A program made the translations under genes and the position numbers. 64,000 bases of DNA, taken from contig OX442314.1 in the NCBI GenBank assembly GCA_949358305.1, positions 29,512,001-29,576,000 of the forward strand, written 5' to 3'. The notes under the pieces are model-generated. The model saw only the letters and a program-made list of their open reading frames with translations. It did no database searches and was not told the DNA's origin. The DNA is from Strigamia acuminata (Eukaryota). Of this stretch, positions 61,806 through 64,000 are shown one piece after another (within the stretch, counting starts at the first letter, position 1; every line of letters begins with the position of its first letter).

Positions 61806-64000
61806 AAAGACTAGCGTATTTTAATTGTCATTTAATTCTTTTTAAAGAAGTCCCTTTATACATCTCGGCATTTCTCAAACCTTGGGTCGGTTACTTCCTA
61901 GTGTCAACACAAGTGTGAACCAACCTGAACACTTAAACCTGGACGTTTTTGAATGCACTTACTGCTTACTTTTGTAGAGAAAGCAATTTCCAATCAAACC
62001 TGCTTTACTCGCATTTGCTTTTTAGGCTTACTTCTATTGTTGGGACTAATCCTGCAGCTTGAAACTGATAAAGAAAAGCTGCTTCATGTGCGAGTTTCAC
62101 TTACCAATGAAGTGAGTGTTATTTTTCTTTCTCTCTTTCATGGACCAAGAAATTAATTTAAAAGTGAGGAAAAAAAAGGGGGAAAAAGTCCCATTGACTT
62201 TTCAGCTTGAAAGTGCTTTCATCTAAATTGTTCCAGTATAGAGTTCAATTTTTAAAGATGACAGCAATGGACCAATGGTTGAAAGACATATAATTTGGCA
62301 TGAATTTATTGCTGTGCAGTTTAGTGGAGGGAATAAAACAGTGGGAAGAAACATGTTGGATGGGGAAATTCAAGATGTAGTGGGTAATAAGAGTGTTGAG
62401 AGCCCCCTAGTGGATGGAGTGAGTGAGGAGTTAATCAGCTTGAATTGTGGATCCTTCGTTTTGCCACTTTTTTCTTCTTTCGCTTGAAATTAAGACAAAT
62501 TTGGGTGGAGGGATCTTGTGCAGTTGTTGGAATAAATTTGTACACGGTGTTTGTCCTTTGATTTGTTTGTTGACATTCTTGGGCACAAGTTGGGGATAAA
62601 GATAGAATTACATATTAAATCTGCTGTCAAGATAAAGTCAACATGTTTCTCACATTAAACAAGAGATAAGGAAGTTGGAGTGTAATTGAATATTGTAATG
62701 GACGAAATGTTTGTTATACACTTAAGCCTAATGTGGCAGAAATTACATTTAAGTTGCACATGGTGGGTCAACATCTGGTTAGAATTAGTTGTTGCCTACA
62801 TGCTTATGACTAATAGATGATCTTTATTAAGTCGTAAAGGTGTGTTTTAGATACTATTACAAGGGGAAATTAAAGAAGAGCTACGGTAGGATAGCGGTGT
62901 GTCCTTTCTAAGGGGCAGATATTTCAATGTTGATTAAATAAATGAATAAGGTATAAAATAGACTTCGACCGATATCGATATTTTGTAGTATCGCCGATAC
63001 CGATAATCGGCAACCGAATATTGGCCGATACCGATACCTGTGCCGATATTAAAATTAAAATGTTGCACCTCTGAGGGTTAAAGTGAAAATCTGCATTAAT
63101 GGACTTCGGCTGTGTTGCTGTAGCGAAGCGCCATTGTTCTTTAGCGGTGTATGCTCTTGATGGAGTAATACTGTTTTAAAGTTGCAGTTATTATTGCCCA
63201 CATTACATTTGAGCTCTAATTCACTTAACCTGTCCGGGGTTAACAGTTTCCCAGGATCTTGGCAATATGGTCAGTGTAACCTAAAATCGCCCACATGTGC
63301 CAGTAATTTGAAGAGAATTAATAATCATAATTTGCATGTTTGAAACGTCTTAGCAATTAATTTAGGACTCGATTTTATAATATATATATTTTTTTTATCA
63401 ATTTTTTATTAAAAATTTCTGTGTTTCATTTTCGAGTAATCACCCTCTGTATTGGCTATTTGGCAGTTTTGTGACGGGTATGGTCTTTGCCATAGAAGCC
63501 TGGGGACTGGTTACCAAAGTGTGGGACGCATCCTTATGTAATAATTAGACAGGGACTCCAGATTGTTGGTTGTTGGCCTTTAATCCGTTGTCTAGGGGTT
63601 GGAGTCTCCCACTAACCCACGTGTTGGCAGTGCCGCAAAGGCACGCTACACCTGTGATGTGTCGAGCAGACGCATCACGAAGAGTTTTAATTTAAAAAAA
63701 GAGACTTGATCATGTTTGGAACATTCGTGTGTCAGTTCCTTCGTGTGTCGGTTGCTCGCTGAATGTGTATCGAATGAATATGTAAGTTTTGTTTCCATAT
63801 GATTTAATGGGATTTTAATTGACTTGTTTTGCGAAAACTCATTTTAAAATAAATAATGTATATATATTTGATATAAACCAGTTGGTCACATTACACACCA
63901 GCAACCGACCCGTCATACACAGGTAGTGATCCCCATTGATGACGTGGCCGGTTGGACTTAACTTTTCTGCCATACTCACCCATACAGCCCATCTAACCGC

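Noticed and set aside
60136..62487. Short ORFs as possible exons or transposase remnants
   Set aside because: No recognisable motifs and no consistent splice and frame chain.
63730..63790. Possible first exon (TCAGTT Inr, GTAAGT donor at 63782)
   Set aside because: Only two short motifs at the window edge, which is not enough to call a gene.

Overview
AT-rich, intron-containing invertebrate (animal) genomic DNA, not prokaryotic. Bases 252-13049 are a complete, apparently very young Ty3/Gypsy LTR retrotransposon. It has 1064-bp LTRs that look identical by eye, an AATT target-site duplication (TSD), a tRNA-Pro primer-binding site (PBS), a polypurine tract (PPT), and intact gag and pol joined by a -1 frameshift. 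The most interesting signal is that this element looks like a complex retroelement. Its LTR carries five covarying hairpins that each reproduce the core geometry of lentiviral TAR (stem, 2-nt U-N bulge, GAG/CUC upper stem). In the env position it carries a spliced, non-env, Arg/Ser-rich accessory gene of about 826 aa, preceded by a candidate internal promoter. Together these suggest a possible Tat/TAR-like or Rev-like regulatory system; this is inference and untested. The rest of the window holds three paralogous poly-ubiquitin-like genes with RHIM-like N-termini (each disrupted), a small secreted Thr-rich gene head-to-head with V-ATPase subunit c'' (ATP6V0B), and a PLPPR-type pseudo-phosphatase. 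It also holds a solo LTR, two degenerate Penelope-type minimal hammerhead ribozymes, a 5S rRNA fragment, a 1.1-kb foldback palindrome, and many MITEs and minisatellites. Exon structures were read by eye from splice signals and reading frame; no database searches were run.
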